DNA of 64,000 nt from Acidobacteriota bacterium (GCA_039026915.1 JBCCLJ010000004.1:1650-65649); one strand, 5' to 3'. Numbered from the stretch's first letter, positions 35,301 through 45,415 are shown. Notes: a model not told the origin generated them from the sequence alone. Translations and numbers: made by a program.

Positions 35301-35336
35301 GTTGCCGCTACGCCTGCTTCGCGGCATAGCGGCAAC
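35301..35336. other. 10-bp perfect inverted repeat (hairpin) in the imuA/MMPL intergenic region
   Basis: GTTGCCGCTA-cgcctgcttcgcggca-TAGCGGCAAC. Confidence 0.3.
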
Positions 35337-35431
35337 GCTCCTCACAATGGCGCGGAAGGGATCGCGGCATTCTCTTCACCGACAGACAAGTGGAACGCCA
35401 CTGCCAGATCCAGAGCAGCTCGATCTCTACC

Positions 35432-35481
35432 GCGTCATTGCGAGGTTCATCTGACGTGGCAATCGGACCCAAGGCCGTGCC
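35432..35481. repeat. conserved intergenic block, copy B (partner at 23802-23916)
   Basis: GCGTCATTGCGAGG-ttcatCTGAC-GTGGCAATCGGACCCAAGGCCGTGCC. Confidence 0.4.
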
Positions 35482-35642
35482 GCAGCGACCCGGTGTCTCA
35501 AGAAACGAGAGCACGCCCTAAGCGCAACGCACGCTGAAAGGACAAGTGCTCCCTGCCGGCCGAAGTTTTCTTGACCCGTGCATCGGGATCCCCTTCGCCA
35601 TCGAAACTCTCCTCGGTCGCGTGGTAGACACGCGGGAACGTC

Positions 35643-37955
35643 ATGTTGCGCGAAGGACTCAGAGAATTGGCCCGCTTTGCGGTGCGCCGTCCGTGGACGC
35701 TCATTGCGCTCTGCTCGGTTCTGCCGCTGCTGCTCGGACTGACGCTCGTACGCGTGCCGATCGACCTCAGCTTCACTGGCATCATGAACCGCGCCGACCC
35801 GCAGGTGGCGCTCTACTTCGACGTCAGCCGCGAGTACCAGCTCGGTGGCTCGCTGCTCGTTCTCCTCGAGGCGCATCTTCCAGAGAACGAGCTCGACGAA
35901 GTCGCCGATCGCCTCTCGCAGCGCATCGCGGCGCAGCCCGAAGTGCGCTCGGTCCTGCCGCCGGTGCCCGACGAGTGGTTTCTCGATCACGCTCCCTGGC
36001 TCGTCGACCGGGAGACCTTCGACGCGTGGACCGGGGCGGTGCGTGACCCGGCGGACGCTGCGGCGCGCGAGCAGCTGCAGAGCTCGCTCGAACGCCTGCG
36101 CGACGAGTGGCAGAGCGCCAAGGTGGAGGGCGCACGGCTGCTGCAGGTAGCGCTGCTCAACGATCCGCTCGACGAGGGCTTGGCCGGTCAGTCGTTCTTT
36201 CGCCTGCGCGAAGTCATCGAGGCGGAAGTTCCCGCCAACGTCACCGTCTCGTTTGCCGGCATGCCCGCGGTGGGCGCCGAGGATCAGGCGCGCACGCTCG
36301 GCATCATTCGTCGCCTGACGCCGCTCAGCCTGGTGCTCGTGCTGCTGCTCTTTCGCTTCGTCGAGCGACGCGTTCTCGGCCTGCTCAGCGTCGCGCTGCC
36401 GCTCTTGCTCTCGGTCGTCGCGACGCTCGGCGTCATCGGTCTGGTGACCGGCCGGCTGACGGTGATGGAGACCTTCTTCGGCGTCACCGTCTTCGGCCTG
36501 GGGATCGACTTCGCCGTGCACCTGCTCGTGCGCCAGCGCGAAGAACGATCGCGAGGCTTGGGGCTCGAAGAGGCTCTGCGTGCCAACCTCGCGGGCACCG
36601 GTCGCGGCATCGTCGCCGGCGGTCTGACGACGGCGGCAGCCTTCTTCGTGGTCTCGCTGGCGCCCGACCCGATTGCCCTTCACCTCGGGCTCTCTGGCGG
36701 CACTGGCCTCTTCTTCTGCCTGTTCTTCATGGTGTCGCTGCTGCCCGCGCTCTGGACGCTGCAGGAGCGGCACCACGAAGGAGACGAAGCGAAGGCGCTC
36801 CTGGTGCCGGCCAAGCCGCTGAACGTGCCCTACCTCTCGCACGTCACCGCCTGGTCCGTACGGCGCCCGACGCGCTGCCTGATTCTCGGCGCTCTGGTGC
36901 TGGCGGGTGCGCTCGCTGGCCTGCCGCGTTTGCAGGTCGAGACGAACATCAACAAGGTCTTCAACCGCGAGGTGCCGTCGGTCGAGACCGTGAGGCGTGT
37001 GCGCGAGATGTTTCGCTTGAGCGGCGCACCGTGGCTCCTCGGTACATCGACGGTCGAAGAGGCTGCGTCGGCGTCGAGCGAGCTGCTGGCCTCGGAGCGC
37101 TTTCACCGCACGGTGAGCGTTGCGAGCTTCGTCAGCAGCGACGACGCCGAGATCGAGCGGCGTCGCAAGACGCTCGAAGAGATCGCCCCCCAGGTCGACG
37201 AGCGTCTCGGCGCGGTGGCTCTGCTCGCGGGCTTCGGCGGCGGCTCGGCGGAGCAGCTGCGCCAGGGACTCGAACCGCTCAAGACCGCACTCGCCGTCGG
37301 GCCGCCGACGGTCGACAGCCTGCCCGAGGGCTTACGTCAGCGACTCATTGCACCGAACGGCGACTACCTCGTGCTCGCCTACTCGAAGGGCGATACCTTC
37401 GACTCGAAGGGCGCGCGTCTCGACCGCCGCGCCGCGCAGGAGGTGTCGCCGCGCGCCACGGGCATCAGCGCCCTGCTCGAAGCGATCATGCTCGGCGACC
37501 GCCCTTGGATCTTCTGGGTGGGACTCGGCATCGCGGTCGTCGTCGGCAGCATCCTGATGCTCGACTTTCGCGACGTTCGCCTGGCGCTGCTGGCGCTCGT
37601 GCCCGTGCTCTTCGGCCTCGTCGTCACCGTCGGTGCGCTCTGCTGGTTCGGTGTGTCGTTCAACATCATGACGATCACCGTGGCGCCGCTCATCATCGGC
37701 CTGGGCGTGGACGACGGCATTCACGTGGTGCACCGCATCTGGGAAGACCGCCGCGTGCCGATCGACGTCGCTACCGCCGCAGTGGGTCGCGCCATCGTCA
37801 TGACGACGTTGACGACCTGCTCGAGCTTCGGCGTGCTGCTCTTCAGCGATCACCCGGGCATCGAGAGCATGGCGCTCGTCATGCTCATCGGCCTGCCGGT
37901 CTGCTTGGCTGCGTCGGTGACCGTGCTGCCGGCACTCGCGCAGCGGTGGCTCTGA
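35643..37955 (+). CDS. MMPL/RND-superfamily transporter (HpnN-like)
   Basis: 770 aa with two bundles of about 6 TM helices separated by soluble loops. N-terminus MLREGLRELARFAVRRPWTLIALCSVLPLLLGLTLVRVPIDLSFTGIM is typical of MMPL-type exporters. Confidence 0.85.
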   Translation: MLREGLRELARFAVRRPWTLIALCSVLPLLLGLTLVRVPIDLSFTGIMNRADPQVALYFDVSREYQLGGSLLVLLEAHLPENELDEVADRLSQRIAAQPEVRSVLPPVPDEWFLDHAPWLVDRETFDAWTGAVRDPADAAAREQLQSSLERLRDEWQSAKVEGARLLQVALLNDPLDEGLAGQSFFRLREVIEAEVPANVTVSFAGMPAVGAEDQARTLGIIRRLTPLSLVLVLLLFRFVERRVLGLLSVALPLLLSVVATLGVIGLVTGRLTVMETFFGVTVFGLGIDFAVHLLVRQREERSRGLGLEEALRANLAGTGRGIVAGGLTTAAAFFVVSLAPDPIALHLGLSGGTGLFFCLFFMVSLLPALWTLQERHHEGDEAKALLVPAKPLNVPYLSHVTAWSVRRPTRCLILGALVLAGALAGLPRLQVETNINKVFNREVPSVETVRRVREMFRLSGAPWLLGTSTVEEAASASSELLASERFHRTVSVASFVSSDDAEIERRRKTLEEIAPQVDERLGAVALLAGFGGGSAEQLRQGLEPLKTALAVGPPTVDSLPEGLRQRLIAPNGDYLVLAYSKGDTFDSKGARLDRRAAQEVSPRATGISALLEAIMLGDRPWIFWVGLGIAVVVGSILMLDFRDVRLALLALVPVLFGLVVTVGALCWFGVSFNIMTITVAPLIIGLGVDDGIHVVHRIWEDRRVPIDVATAAVGRAIVMTTLTTCSSFGVLLFSDHPGIESMALVMLIGLPVCLAASVTVLPALAQRWL

Positions 37956-38106
37956 GCCTCAGGCAGGGCCGAGCCGGATTGGGTAGGCTTCGGTTCGCCC
38001 TCGTCAAAGACAGCGCCGTGGCGTCGTGCGACGAGAGCCGGCGCGGGGGAGGAGCGAGCAGAGCGCGTCGAGTATCCGGCGCAGCCGGTTTGTGGAGAGG
38101 AAGAGG

Positions 38107-39444
38107 ATGAAGCATCTGGCAGGCGCGACCGGTCTCAGAGTGCCCAGGCCCGTTGTCGTACTGCTGGTCGGCGCCTTCGTGGCCGCGACGGCCGGAGGAT
38201 CGCAGAGCACGGCAGCCTTCGAGCCGCAGCCCGTCGAGCGGAAGGCCGAGGACGTTCTTCCTTCCGATCTGCTGCAGGGAGATCGTCACGTCGTCGATCC
38301 TGTCGTGCAATCCGACGGCTACATGAACCGCTACCTCTTGAAGACCGACTTCGGCGACTTCGACGTCGAAGGCGACCGCCTCCTGCGCATCCGCATCGCC
38401 GAGCTCGAGGCGATCGCGCGGCTTCGCGAGCTGGGCGCGACAGAGTCTTTTGCCAAGGCCATCGCCAGCTCAGCGAAGGACGTCGGCCGTCAGACCGTGG
38501 CTGTGGTGACACGCCCTGGAGAGACGTTGGAGAACATCCCTCGCGGTGTCGCGCTCAAGGCGAAAGGCATGTGGTTCGGTGCGAAGAAGACCGCCAGAAA
38601 GGCGGCAGCGCTGGCTCAGGACCTGAACGAGTCCGGTCTGAGCGGTGTGCGAAAGAAGGCCTCGGGAGAGGAGACGAAGGACTCCAGCGGTCGCTGCGGG
38701 GATCCGCCACAGCTGCGCGACCGTGCTCTGAGCCTGCTCGGCTACGAGGGCAGCGTGCGCAGGCTGGCGAATCGACTGCGGATCGATCCCTACTCGACGA
38801 ACTGCGTACTGCGAGACGAGCTCGAGCGGCTCGGCAAGGCCGCGTTCGTCGCCGACCTGACCTTCGACTTCCTCGATCCGGTCCCGTCGGAGCTTCAGCA
38901 GGTCGGAGGGTTCTACGATCTGGCGTGGAGGCTTCCCAAGCGCGAGCTCGAGCGTCGCAACGACCGAGCGCTCAAGACGATGGGCCTGCTCGCCGCGCTG
39001 CGCTTTTCGTTCTTCGACAATCGCTGGTTCACTCCGACAGAGCAGACGGAGCTCGTCTTCCTCCTCGAGCAGCTCGACGGCGTTGCTGGCCGCGACGAGA
39101 TCGTCACGGCAGCCAGCACCGCAGATTCTCGCTCGGCCGCGCGCTACTTCCTCGGCGTTGCCAGTCTGCTGACGCGGTACGCCGACGAGCGTGGACTGTC
39201 GCAGATCCGTCGCCTGGAGAGAGGAGAAGGCTTCGCTCTCGTGGGCTTGAGTCGCCCCACCGGCGGAGTCGTCGCGCTACCGTTCGACTACCTCAGCTGG
39301 CGCGTTGCCGGCGACGGCTCGGCGCCCTTCTTCGACCTCGGGGTCCGCGACCTGTGGGTCTCAGGGGAGGTCGCGTCGGAGACGCGTGAAGAGCTCGAAG
39401 AGAGAGGCTGGCAGTTGAGGACCGGTGTGCCGCTCGAACGCTGA
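38107..39444 (+). CDS. hypothetical secreted protein
   Basis: Internal ATG 38107 of ORF 38026..39444 follows GAGGAAGAGG. Signal-like N-terminus MKHLAGATGLRVPRPVVVLLVGAFVAATAGG. I recognise no domain. Confidence 0.6.
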   Translation: MKHLAGATGLRVPRPVVVLLVGAFVAATAGGSQSTAAFEPQPVERKAEDVLPSDLLQGDRHVVDPVVQSDGYMNRYLLKTDFGDFDVEGDRLLRIRIAELEAIARLRELGATESFAKAIASSAKDVGRQTVAVVTRPGETLENIPRGVALKAKGMWFGAKKTARKAAALAQDLNESGLSGVRKKASGEETKDSSGRCGDPPQLRDRALSLLGYEGSVRRLANRLRIDPYSTNCVLRDELERLGKAAFVADLTFDFLDPVPSELQQVGGFYDLAWRLPKRELERRNDRALKTMGLLAALRFSFFDNRWFTPTEQTELVFLLEQLDGVAGRDEIVTAASTADSRSAARYFLGVASLLTRYADERGLSQIRRLERGEGFALVGLSRPTGGVVALPFDYLSWRVAGDGSAPFFDLGVRDLWVSGEVASETREELEERGWQLRTGVPLER

Positions 39445-39787
39445 TCGTCGTTGGTGCGGCTCGACAGTTCCTGCAGTGTGAGCCGTCAGTACGATGTCCG
39501 CGCTCTCCAGATGAGTCACCGGGCCCCCTCCGGGCACTTACTTCGCGGCGATCTCGGTGGCGTTGCAGACCTCGATGTCGTCGGCACTCGGGGTCCTCTG
39601 AGCTCCGCGACGGCTCGAGCGGACGGGGGCGTGCGCTCCGTCGAGTAGCGTCTGAAGGCGCCCAGTCCACCGAGACTCAGCGGAGGAGTTCGCCGACGGG
39701 CTGAGCCACGCGCGGCTGGCGACCCCGATCGACGTCTCGATCGTCCGGAGCCGCCACGGTCCAGCCTCGCTGAAGACCGCCGCTTTT

Positions 39788-41440
39788 TCAGGGGTCGATG
39801 TCAAGCCCTTTGGTGCGCCGCAGCAGCTCTTCGATCAGCTGCCGCTGCTCTTCGAGAGCGTGCTGTTGCTCCTGGACCACCTTGGTCAGTAGGGCGACGA
39901 CCTCGATCGCCGCCATCCCCTTGCGATCGGGTGTCGCCACGATCTCGGGCACGTCCTCCGCGATGAAACCAAGCTGGGGGTCGGAGGGCTCCAGCTTGTA
40001 GTTGTAGTGCACCGGTTCGAGCGCCTGCAGTGCGGCGAGCGCCTCGGCTGCGGCGAGAGGACCGATGTTCTCCTTGAGAGCACGGCTCGAAGCGTTGGTC
40101 CAGACTCCCCCGGCCGTGAGCCGCGCACCGGAGACCTGTGCGTGGATCGGATGGGTCGGGTTGAAGCCATTCGCAAGGATGGCGTCCTGATGAACGGCGA
40201 TGTAACCCTGATTGTCGATCGTCATGCGCTCGACGTTGCCGGTCGCGAAGTAGAGCGCCGGGTTGGGTGCTGTAGCGCCCGATGCCGGGCGGACGTTGAA
40301 GAAGCCCGAAGCCTGTCCGAACGTGCTCCCCGAGTAGCCGAAGTTGAGTGCGTCGTTCGATCCGCTCGGGCCGACCGCGCTGAAAATGTCCTGCGAAGAG
40401 TTACCGAAGATATGCAGGTTGCCCGTCGGGTTCGCTGTGCCGAGACCAATTCTGCCGTTGCTGTCCATACGGAAGGAGCTGCTGGGCGCCCCCGAGGCGA
40501 GCACGAACGGGAAGGCGCTCTCGTCCTCGAACCAGACGAAACTGGAGTTGGAGCGCAGATCCCAGAAGTCCGTACCGTTGTCGAGACGGATGTAGGGAGA
40601 CGAATCGGTCGCGATGTGGAGGTCCTGATCCGGCGAACCCGTACCGATGCCGATGTTGCCGGTACTGTCCACGTAGAGCGCGTTGTCCGGCGCACCCTCT
40701 TCCAGCGTCAGGATCTCCGGTGTGCCGGGAGAGACGATGTCTTCGATGAAGAACAGTGTGCTGGTCGTCTCCAGCTCCCAGCCCACGGTGCGCGTGCCGG
40801 ACGACGTATCGTCCATCATGCGGATGACGGAGCTGCCGAAGGCGTCGAGAACCTCGAGGTCGTCAGCTGCGTCATAGCTCGCCGAACAGAGGCCGTCGCC
40901 CACGCACGTGTTGCCGGTGACGCTGAGGCTGCCCGCGAAGTTGTTCGTGGCAGCCGACTCCACGAAGAACAGGCCGGAGTCGTTGGCGGCGGGGGAGCTC
41001 GCCGGCCCGTCCCCCTGACCGAGGACGCTGCCCGGCTCCGGATCCACCTTCACGAGTCCACGGCTCGCCGAGACCGAGCCGCTCGCCCGCCGGCGAGATC
41101 CGCGAGTGTCTGCGAGGTTGGGATCGGCGTCTTCCGCGGGCGCGTTGGCCGTGCGGTCCCAGACGACCAGCTCCCACTTGTACCGGCCGTCGAGCGCCTC
41201 GATCGAATCGAAGACGATCTCGCGACCGAACTCGAAGGACTCGCGGAAGAGCTCTCCCTGAGGCCCGACGACCCGCAGCGTTGCCTCGGCGTACTCGGCA
41301 ACGTTGGGGAGGACCTGAAAGCCGGAAGGGGTGGCGAGAACCTGCGCATCGAGCTGCGTCGAGCGCTTCTTCAGCAGTTCGGGCTGCGCCAGCAGAACTT
41401 GAGCGCTCAGAAGGATGAGCCCGGGAATGAGCTTCTTCAT
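39788..41440 (-). CDS. secreted tail-fibre-like protein with C-terminal S74 intramolecular-chaperone (endosialidase chaperone) domain
   Basis: ATG 41440 follows GGAGG. Signal peptide MKKLIPGLILLSAQVLLAQ. C-terminus: NASSRALKENIGPL...ALQALEPVHYNYK...LGFIAEDVPEIVATPDRKGMAAIEVVALLTKVVQEQQ, then a coiled coil. Confidence 0.8.
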   Translation of the reverse strand: MKKLIPGLILLSAQVLLAQPELLKKRSTQLDAQVLATPSGFQVLPNVAEYAEATLRVVGPQGELFRESFEFGREIVFDSIEALDGRYKWELVVWDRTANAPAEDADPNLADTRGSRRRASGSVSASRGLVKVDPEPGSVLGQGDGPASSPAANDSGLFFVESAATNNFAGSLSVTGNTCVGDGLCSASYDAADDLEVLDAFGSSVIRMMDDTSSGTRTVGWELETTSTLFFIEDIVSPGTPEILTLEEGAPDNALYVDSTGNIGIGTGSPDQDLHIATDSSPYIRLDNGTDFWDLRSNSSFVWFEDESAFPFVLASGAPSSSFRMDSNGRIGLGTANPTGNLHIFGNSSQDIFSAVGPSGSNDALNFGYSGSTFGQASGFFNVRPASGATAPNPALYFATGNVERMTIDNQGYIAVHQDAILANGFNPTHPIHAQVSGARLTAGGVWTNASSRALKENIGPLAAAEALAALQALEPVHYNYKLEPSDPQLGFIAEDVPEIVATPDRKGMAAIEVVALLTKVVQEQQHALEEQRQLIEELLRRTKGLDIDP

Positions 41441-41920
41441 GGAAACCTCCAATGAGCCACGCATCGCGGATCCCTCGATCGACGCTTGAGCGGACTTTTC
41501 GATCCGCGGCCCCCTCAGTTAGGGCAGCATGCACACTGCCGATGTACCTTTTTCAACGGGAATGCTCTGCGAGACGGGTCATCGCCCGCCCCGTGAGGAG
41601 ACGAAGCCACTTCGTTCACGAGCTATCCAAGGAATGCGGATGGGCCACAGCCAAGATGGGTTCTCGCCGTCGAGGTAACCGGACTCGGCGTTTGAACGGT
41701 GGCCTCATGCTGCCGACACACTGAGTTGTGCCTTTCTTGTCCAGGCGTCGGACAACCACCGCGTGATCGTGTCGACCGCGCTGCGAAGAGACCTTGCTGA
41801 TGCGTGCCTCGTGGCTCGGCCTGTCCCTTTGGGAATGCCCCGGTCGTCGTCCCGTTTCCTGGCACAGAGGAGCGGACCGCACTGCTAGTGTCGGGACAAC
41901 ACCCTGCAAGGAGCCCCGCC

Positions 41921-43657
41921 ATGCCTCGCACCCGCATTCTCGCGCTGCTGCTCGCCGCGCTCGCCGTTCTGTCCCTCGTTCTCGCCTGCGCTCCGGCCGA
42001 CGCCGATGCGCCGTCCGCCGACGAACCCTCGCCGATCCGCGTCGGCCGCTCGATGGTGGCGACCGAGTACGGCATCGTCGCGGCGAGCCAGCCGCTCGCC
42101 GCGCGCGCCGGCGTCTCGGTGCTCGAGCGCGGTGGGAACGCCGTGGACGCGGCGATCGCTGCCAACGCGGCAATTGGCCTGATGGAGCCGACGGGCAACG
42201 GCATCGGTGGAGATCTCTTTGCGATCGTCTACATGGCCGAGACCGACACGCTCTACGGCATCAACGCTTCGGGCTGGTCGCCGACCGCACTGTCGGCGCA
42301 GGTACTCAAAGACAAGGGATACGAGGAGATGCCGGCGCGCGACATCCACGCGGTGACCGTGCCGGGTGCTGTCGCGGGCTGGGTCGCTCTGAACGGCAAG
42401 CTCGGCAAGCTGCCGCTCTCGGACGTGCTCGCTCCGGCGATTCACTACGCCGAGAACGGCTTTCCGGTCTCTGAGGTCATCTCCGCCGGCTGGGCGCGCT
42501 CGAAGAAGATGCTCTCCGGGCACCCCAACGCTGCCGAGACGTTCCTGATCGACGGTGAGACGCCGGCCGCAGGCCAGATCTTCAAGAACCCGGACCTCGG
42601 TGCCACGCTGCGCGGCATCGCGAAGAACGGCAAGGCGGGCTTCTACGAAGGTTCGGTGGCCCAGGCGATCGTCGACATCTCGCAGGAAGAGGGCGGCCTG
42701 CTGACGGCGGAAGATCTCGCGGAGTTCGAGGCCGAGTGGGTCGAGCCGATCACCTCCGACTACCGCGGCTGGACCGTCGCAGAGATCGGCCCGAACACGC
42801 AGGGCATCGCAGCGCTGATGATGCTCAACCTGATGGAGAACCATCCGCTGCGCGACTACGGCCTGCACAGCGCTGACGCGCTGCACGTGATGGTCGAGTC
42901 CAAGAAGCTCGCTTACGCCGACATGCTCGAGTACGTCGGCGACTCGCGCTTCTCGGACGTTCCCGTCAAGGACATGCTCGACAAGGCGCACGCCAAGGAG
43001 CGCGCCCAACTCATCGACATGGCGCAGGCTGCCTGCGAGGTGACGCCGTCCGAGTTCTCGGCGATCACCGAGAAGGAGGGCGGCGACACGATCTACCTTT
43101 CCGCGGTCGACAAAGACGGCAACATCGTCTCCCTGATCCAGAGCAACTACATGGGCTTCGGCTCGGGCTTCGTCCCCAAGGGCACGGGCTTCATGCTGCA
43201 CAACCGCGGCGCGCTGTTTACTCTCGAAGAGGGCCACGCCAACACGCTCGAGCCGCGCAAGCGGCCGCTGCACACGATCATCCCGGCGATGATGTGGAGC
43301 GGCGAGCAGCGCATCGGCTTCGGCATCATGGGCGGTTGGAACCAGAGCCAGGCGCACGCCCAGTTCGTCGCCAACGTCGTCGACTACGACATGACGATTC
43401 AGGAGGCGCTCGAGGCCGGACGCTTCACCAAGGGCACCTTCGACGGCTGCGACGTGCGCATGGAGGTGCTCATCTCGCAGAGCGTGCGCGCCGAGCTCAC
43501 GTCACGTGGGCATGAGATCGATCCGGTCGCGCCTCGCACGGGCGGCTTCGGCTTCGGCCAGGCGGTCATGACCGACGGCACGACGACGAAGCGCGGCGCC
43601 AGTGAGCCGCGCCACGACGGTGCGGCGATCCCGCAGCAGCCGAACGTCTTCGAGTGA
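41921..43657 (+). CDS. ggt: gamma-glutamyltransferase (lipoprotein)
   Basis: ATG 41921 follows AAGGAG. Lipobox LVLAC. Motifs TGNGIGGDLFAIVY and GGDTIYLSAVDKDGNIVSLIQSNYMGFGSG, which contains the autoprocessing Thr nucleophile. Confidence 0.9.
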   Translation: MPRTRILALLLAALAVLSLVLACAPADADAPSADEPSPIRVGRSMVATEYGIVAASQPLAARAGVSVLERGGNAVDAAIAANAAIGLMEPTGNGIGGDLFAIVYMAETDTLYGINASGWSPTALSAQVLKDKGYEEMPARDIHAVTVPGAVAGWVALNGKLGKLPLSDVLAPAIHYAENGFPVSEVISAGWARSKKMLSGHPNAAETFLIDGETPAAGQIFKNPDLGATLRGIAKNGKAGFYEGSVAQAIVDISQEEGGLLTAEDLAEFEAEWVEPITSDYRGWTVAEIGPNTQGIAALMMLNLMENHPLRDYGLHSADALHVMVESKKLAYADMLEYVGDSRFSDVPVKDMLDKAHAKERAQLIDMAQAACEVTPSEFSAITEKEGGDTIYLSAVDKDGNIVSLIQSNYMGFGSGFVPKGTGFMLHNRGALFTLEEGHANTLEPRKRPLHTIIPAMMWSGEQRIGFGIMGGWNQSQAHAQFVANVVDYDMTIQEALEAGRFTKGTFDGCDVRMEVLISQSVRAELTSRGHEIDPVAPRTGGFGFGQAVMTDGTTTKRGASEPRHDGAAIPQQPNVFE

Positions 43658-43668
43658 TTCTCGACCGT

Positions 43669-43691
43669 CCGCCACTCCCTGTGGGTGGCGG
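43669..43691. terminator. hairpin between convergent ggt and the sigma-54 activator gene
   Basis: CCGCCAC-tccctgtgg-GTGGCGG (7-bp stem), between stops 43657 and 43708. Confidence 0.35.
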
Positions 43692-43707
43692 CTCGCGACC
43701 CAGTGAC

Positions 43708-45288
43708 TCAGGCGGGTGGGTCCGGGCGCTCGATGCCGAGCTTCTTCATTCGGTGCCGCAGTGTGCTGGGGTGCACTTCGAGGTGCTCGGCAGCGTTGCC
43801 GTCGCCGTTGATGCGCCATTGACAGGCCTGGAGCACCGACAGGATGTGGCGGCGCTCGGCCTCTGCCAGCGTGAGCAGCGGTGGGGGGGACAGGCTGTCC
43901 ACGGCGGAGACGCCTTGAGCGGCAGTCGGTCCTGAGGCGCCGCTGGCGAGGAAGCTGGCCTCGAGTTCGAGCTCCACGCCGCGCGAGACGATCAGCGCGC
44001 GGTCGATCACGTTCTGAAGCTCGCGCACGTTGCCTGGCCAGTCATAGTGCAGGAGCAGGTCGAGAGCGGGTGCCGGGATCGTCTCCACCGCGCGGCCGAG
44101 CCGCTGGTTGCCGCGCTCGACGAAGTGGCGCACGAGCGGCTCGACGTCCTCTTTGCGATCGCGCAGTGGCGGCAGCTCGATCGGGAAGACATTGAGGCGG
44201 TAGAAGAGGTCGGGGCGGAAGCGTCCCTCGCTCGCGGCTCGGCCGAGGTCGCGGTTCGTCGCCGCCACGACGCGCGCGTCGACCGTGCGCGTCTCGGCCG
44301 AGCCGACGGGCTCGTACTCTCCCTCCTGCAGGACGCGCAGCAGGCGCGACTGGACCGAGAGCTCCATGTCGCCGATCTCGTCGAGAAAGAGGGTGCCGCC
44401 GTCGGCGAGCTCGAAGCGTCCGCGCTTGTCTGTCGTTGCGCCTGTGAAGGCGCCCTTGACGTGCCCGAAGAGCTCGCTTTCGATGAGCGTCGCCGGCAGG
44501 GCGGCACAGTTGACCTTGACCAGCGACCGCTCGCTGCGCCGGCTGGCGTCGTGCACGGCATGCGCGAAGAGCTCTTTGCCGGTGCCGGTCTCGCCCAGCA
44601 GGAGGACGGGCGCGTCGGTCGACGCGACCTGCTCGACTTTGTGCAGCACGGCCTCGAGGGCCAGGCTGTCGCCAACGATGCGGTGTCCGTCGCCAGGTGC
44701 GGCGAGCTCGCTGCGCAGGTAGGTGTTCTCGTCCTGCAGGCGCGCGGTGAGCTCGGCGATCGAGCGATCGGAGCGCTGACGATGGACGGCCGCGCCCAGC
44801 AGGTCGCCGAGAAGGCGCAGCCGCGAGACCTGGCCTGCGGTGAAAGTGTGTCGCTGCTCGTGGGCAAAGAAAGCGATGACGTGGCGCAGCGTCTGCCGAT
44901 CGAGCAACGGAATCAACAGCCCGGACTTCACGCCCCGGCCCGCCAGCGCTTGCCGCTCCGCATCGGCGGGCGGGGGAAGTTCTTCGAGAGAAGAGAAGGT
45001 GACGGTGTGTCCCTCGCGAAGCTGCTGGCCGAGCCAGGATCCCCGGCCCGGATGGCCGGGAGCTCCGAGGGCCCGAGGTGGCTCCAGGCCCGGTTTGACG
45101 AAGGCGAACGACATCGCGAGTCGGCCCTCCTCGTCTCCGGAGAAGAAGCTCACCTCGTCGATCTGCAGCGTTCGAGCGATGCGCTCGAGCGCCGCTTCGA
45201 TCTCGGGGGCCACGTCGTCGTGCTGCGCTCCGATCAGACGAGCGGACAGCTCGGTCACGACGCGCTCGTAGATCCCTGTATCGACCAT
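43708..45288 (-). CDS. sigma-54-dependent transcriptional activator (GAF - AAA+ - Fis-type HTH)
   Basis: Internal ATG 45288. AAA+ core LLLGETGTGKELFA, sigma-54 contact loop GAFTGA, GGTLFLDEIGDM, and C-terminal HTH NAAEHLEVHPSTLRHRMKKLGI. The N-terminal ~170 aa are GAF-like. Confidence 0.9.
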   Translation of the reverse strand: MVDTGIYERVVTELSARLIGAQHDDVAPEIEAALERIARTLQIDEVSFFSGDEEGRLAMSFAFVKPGLEPPRALGAPGHPGRGSWLGQQLREGHTVTFSSLEELPPPADAERQALAGRGVKSGLLIPLLDRQTLRHVIAFFAHEQRHTFTAGQVSRLRLLGDLLGAAVHRQRSDRSIAELTARLQDENTYLRSELAAPGDGHRIVGDSLALEAVLHKVEQVASTDAPVLLLGETGTGKELFAHAVHDASRRSERSLVKVNCAALPATLIESELFGHVKGAFTGATTDKRGRFELADGGTLFLDEIGDMELSVQSRLLRVLQEGEYEPVGSAETRTVDARVVAATNRDLGRAASEGRFRPDLFYRLNVFPIELPPLRDRKEDVEPLVRHFVERGNQRLGRAVETIPAPALDLLLHYDWPGNVRELQNVIDRALIVSRGVELELEASFLASGASGPTAAQGVSAVDSLSPPPLLTLAEAERRHILSVLQACQWRINGDGNAAEHLEVHPSTLRHRMKKLGIERPDPPA

Positions 45289-45400
45289 ATGCGGAGAGTA
45301 ACACCATATGTTGAGGTCTTGTGTATCAAGATGTGGATGCTTTAGTGCCGAGGCGAAGGAAAAGGCCAATGAAACAGGACGTTCTGGAGCGGATGGCCCA

Positions 45401-45415
45401 CGGCACCGAGCTTGC
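45401..45415 (+). promoter_or_regulatory. sigma-54 (-24/-12) promoter
   Basis: cGGCAC-cgagc-TTGC matches TGGCAC-N5-TTGC with correct GG-to-GC spacing. It lies about 60 nt upstream of ATG 45476 and is divergent from the activator gene. Confidence 0.55.

Noticed and set aside
39445-39787. 340-bp convergent gap containing ORF 39538..39804 (88 aa)
   Set aside because: The ORF overlaps the end of the tail-fibre-like gene, has no RBS or motif, and has a junk-like composition. I could not support a gene or an RNA here.
39788-41440. Possible prophage, suggested by the tail-fibre-like gene
   Set aside because: No other phage-type gene, att-like repeat or integrase is present in the surrounding 20 kb. 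It is treated as a stand-alone cellular gene.
41860-41875. TGGCAC upstream of ggt, resembling a sigma-54 -24 box
   Set aside because: The -12 position reads AGCGG instead of TTGC, so the bipartite match fails.
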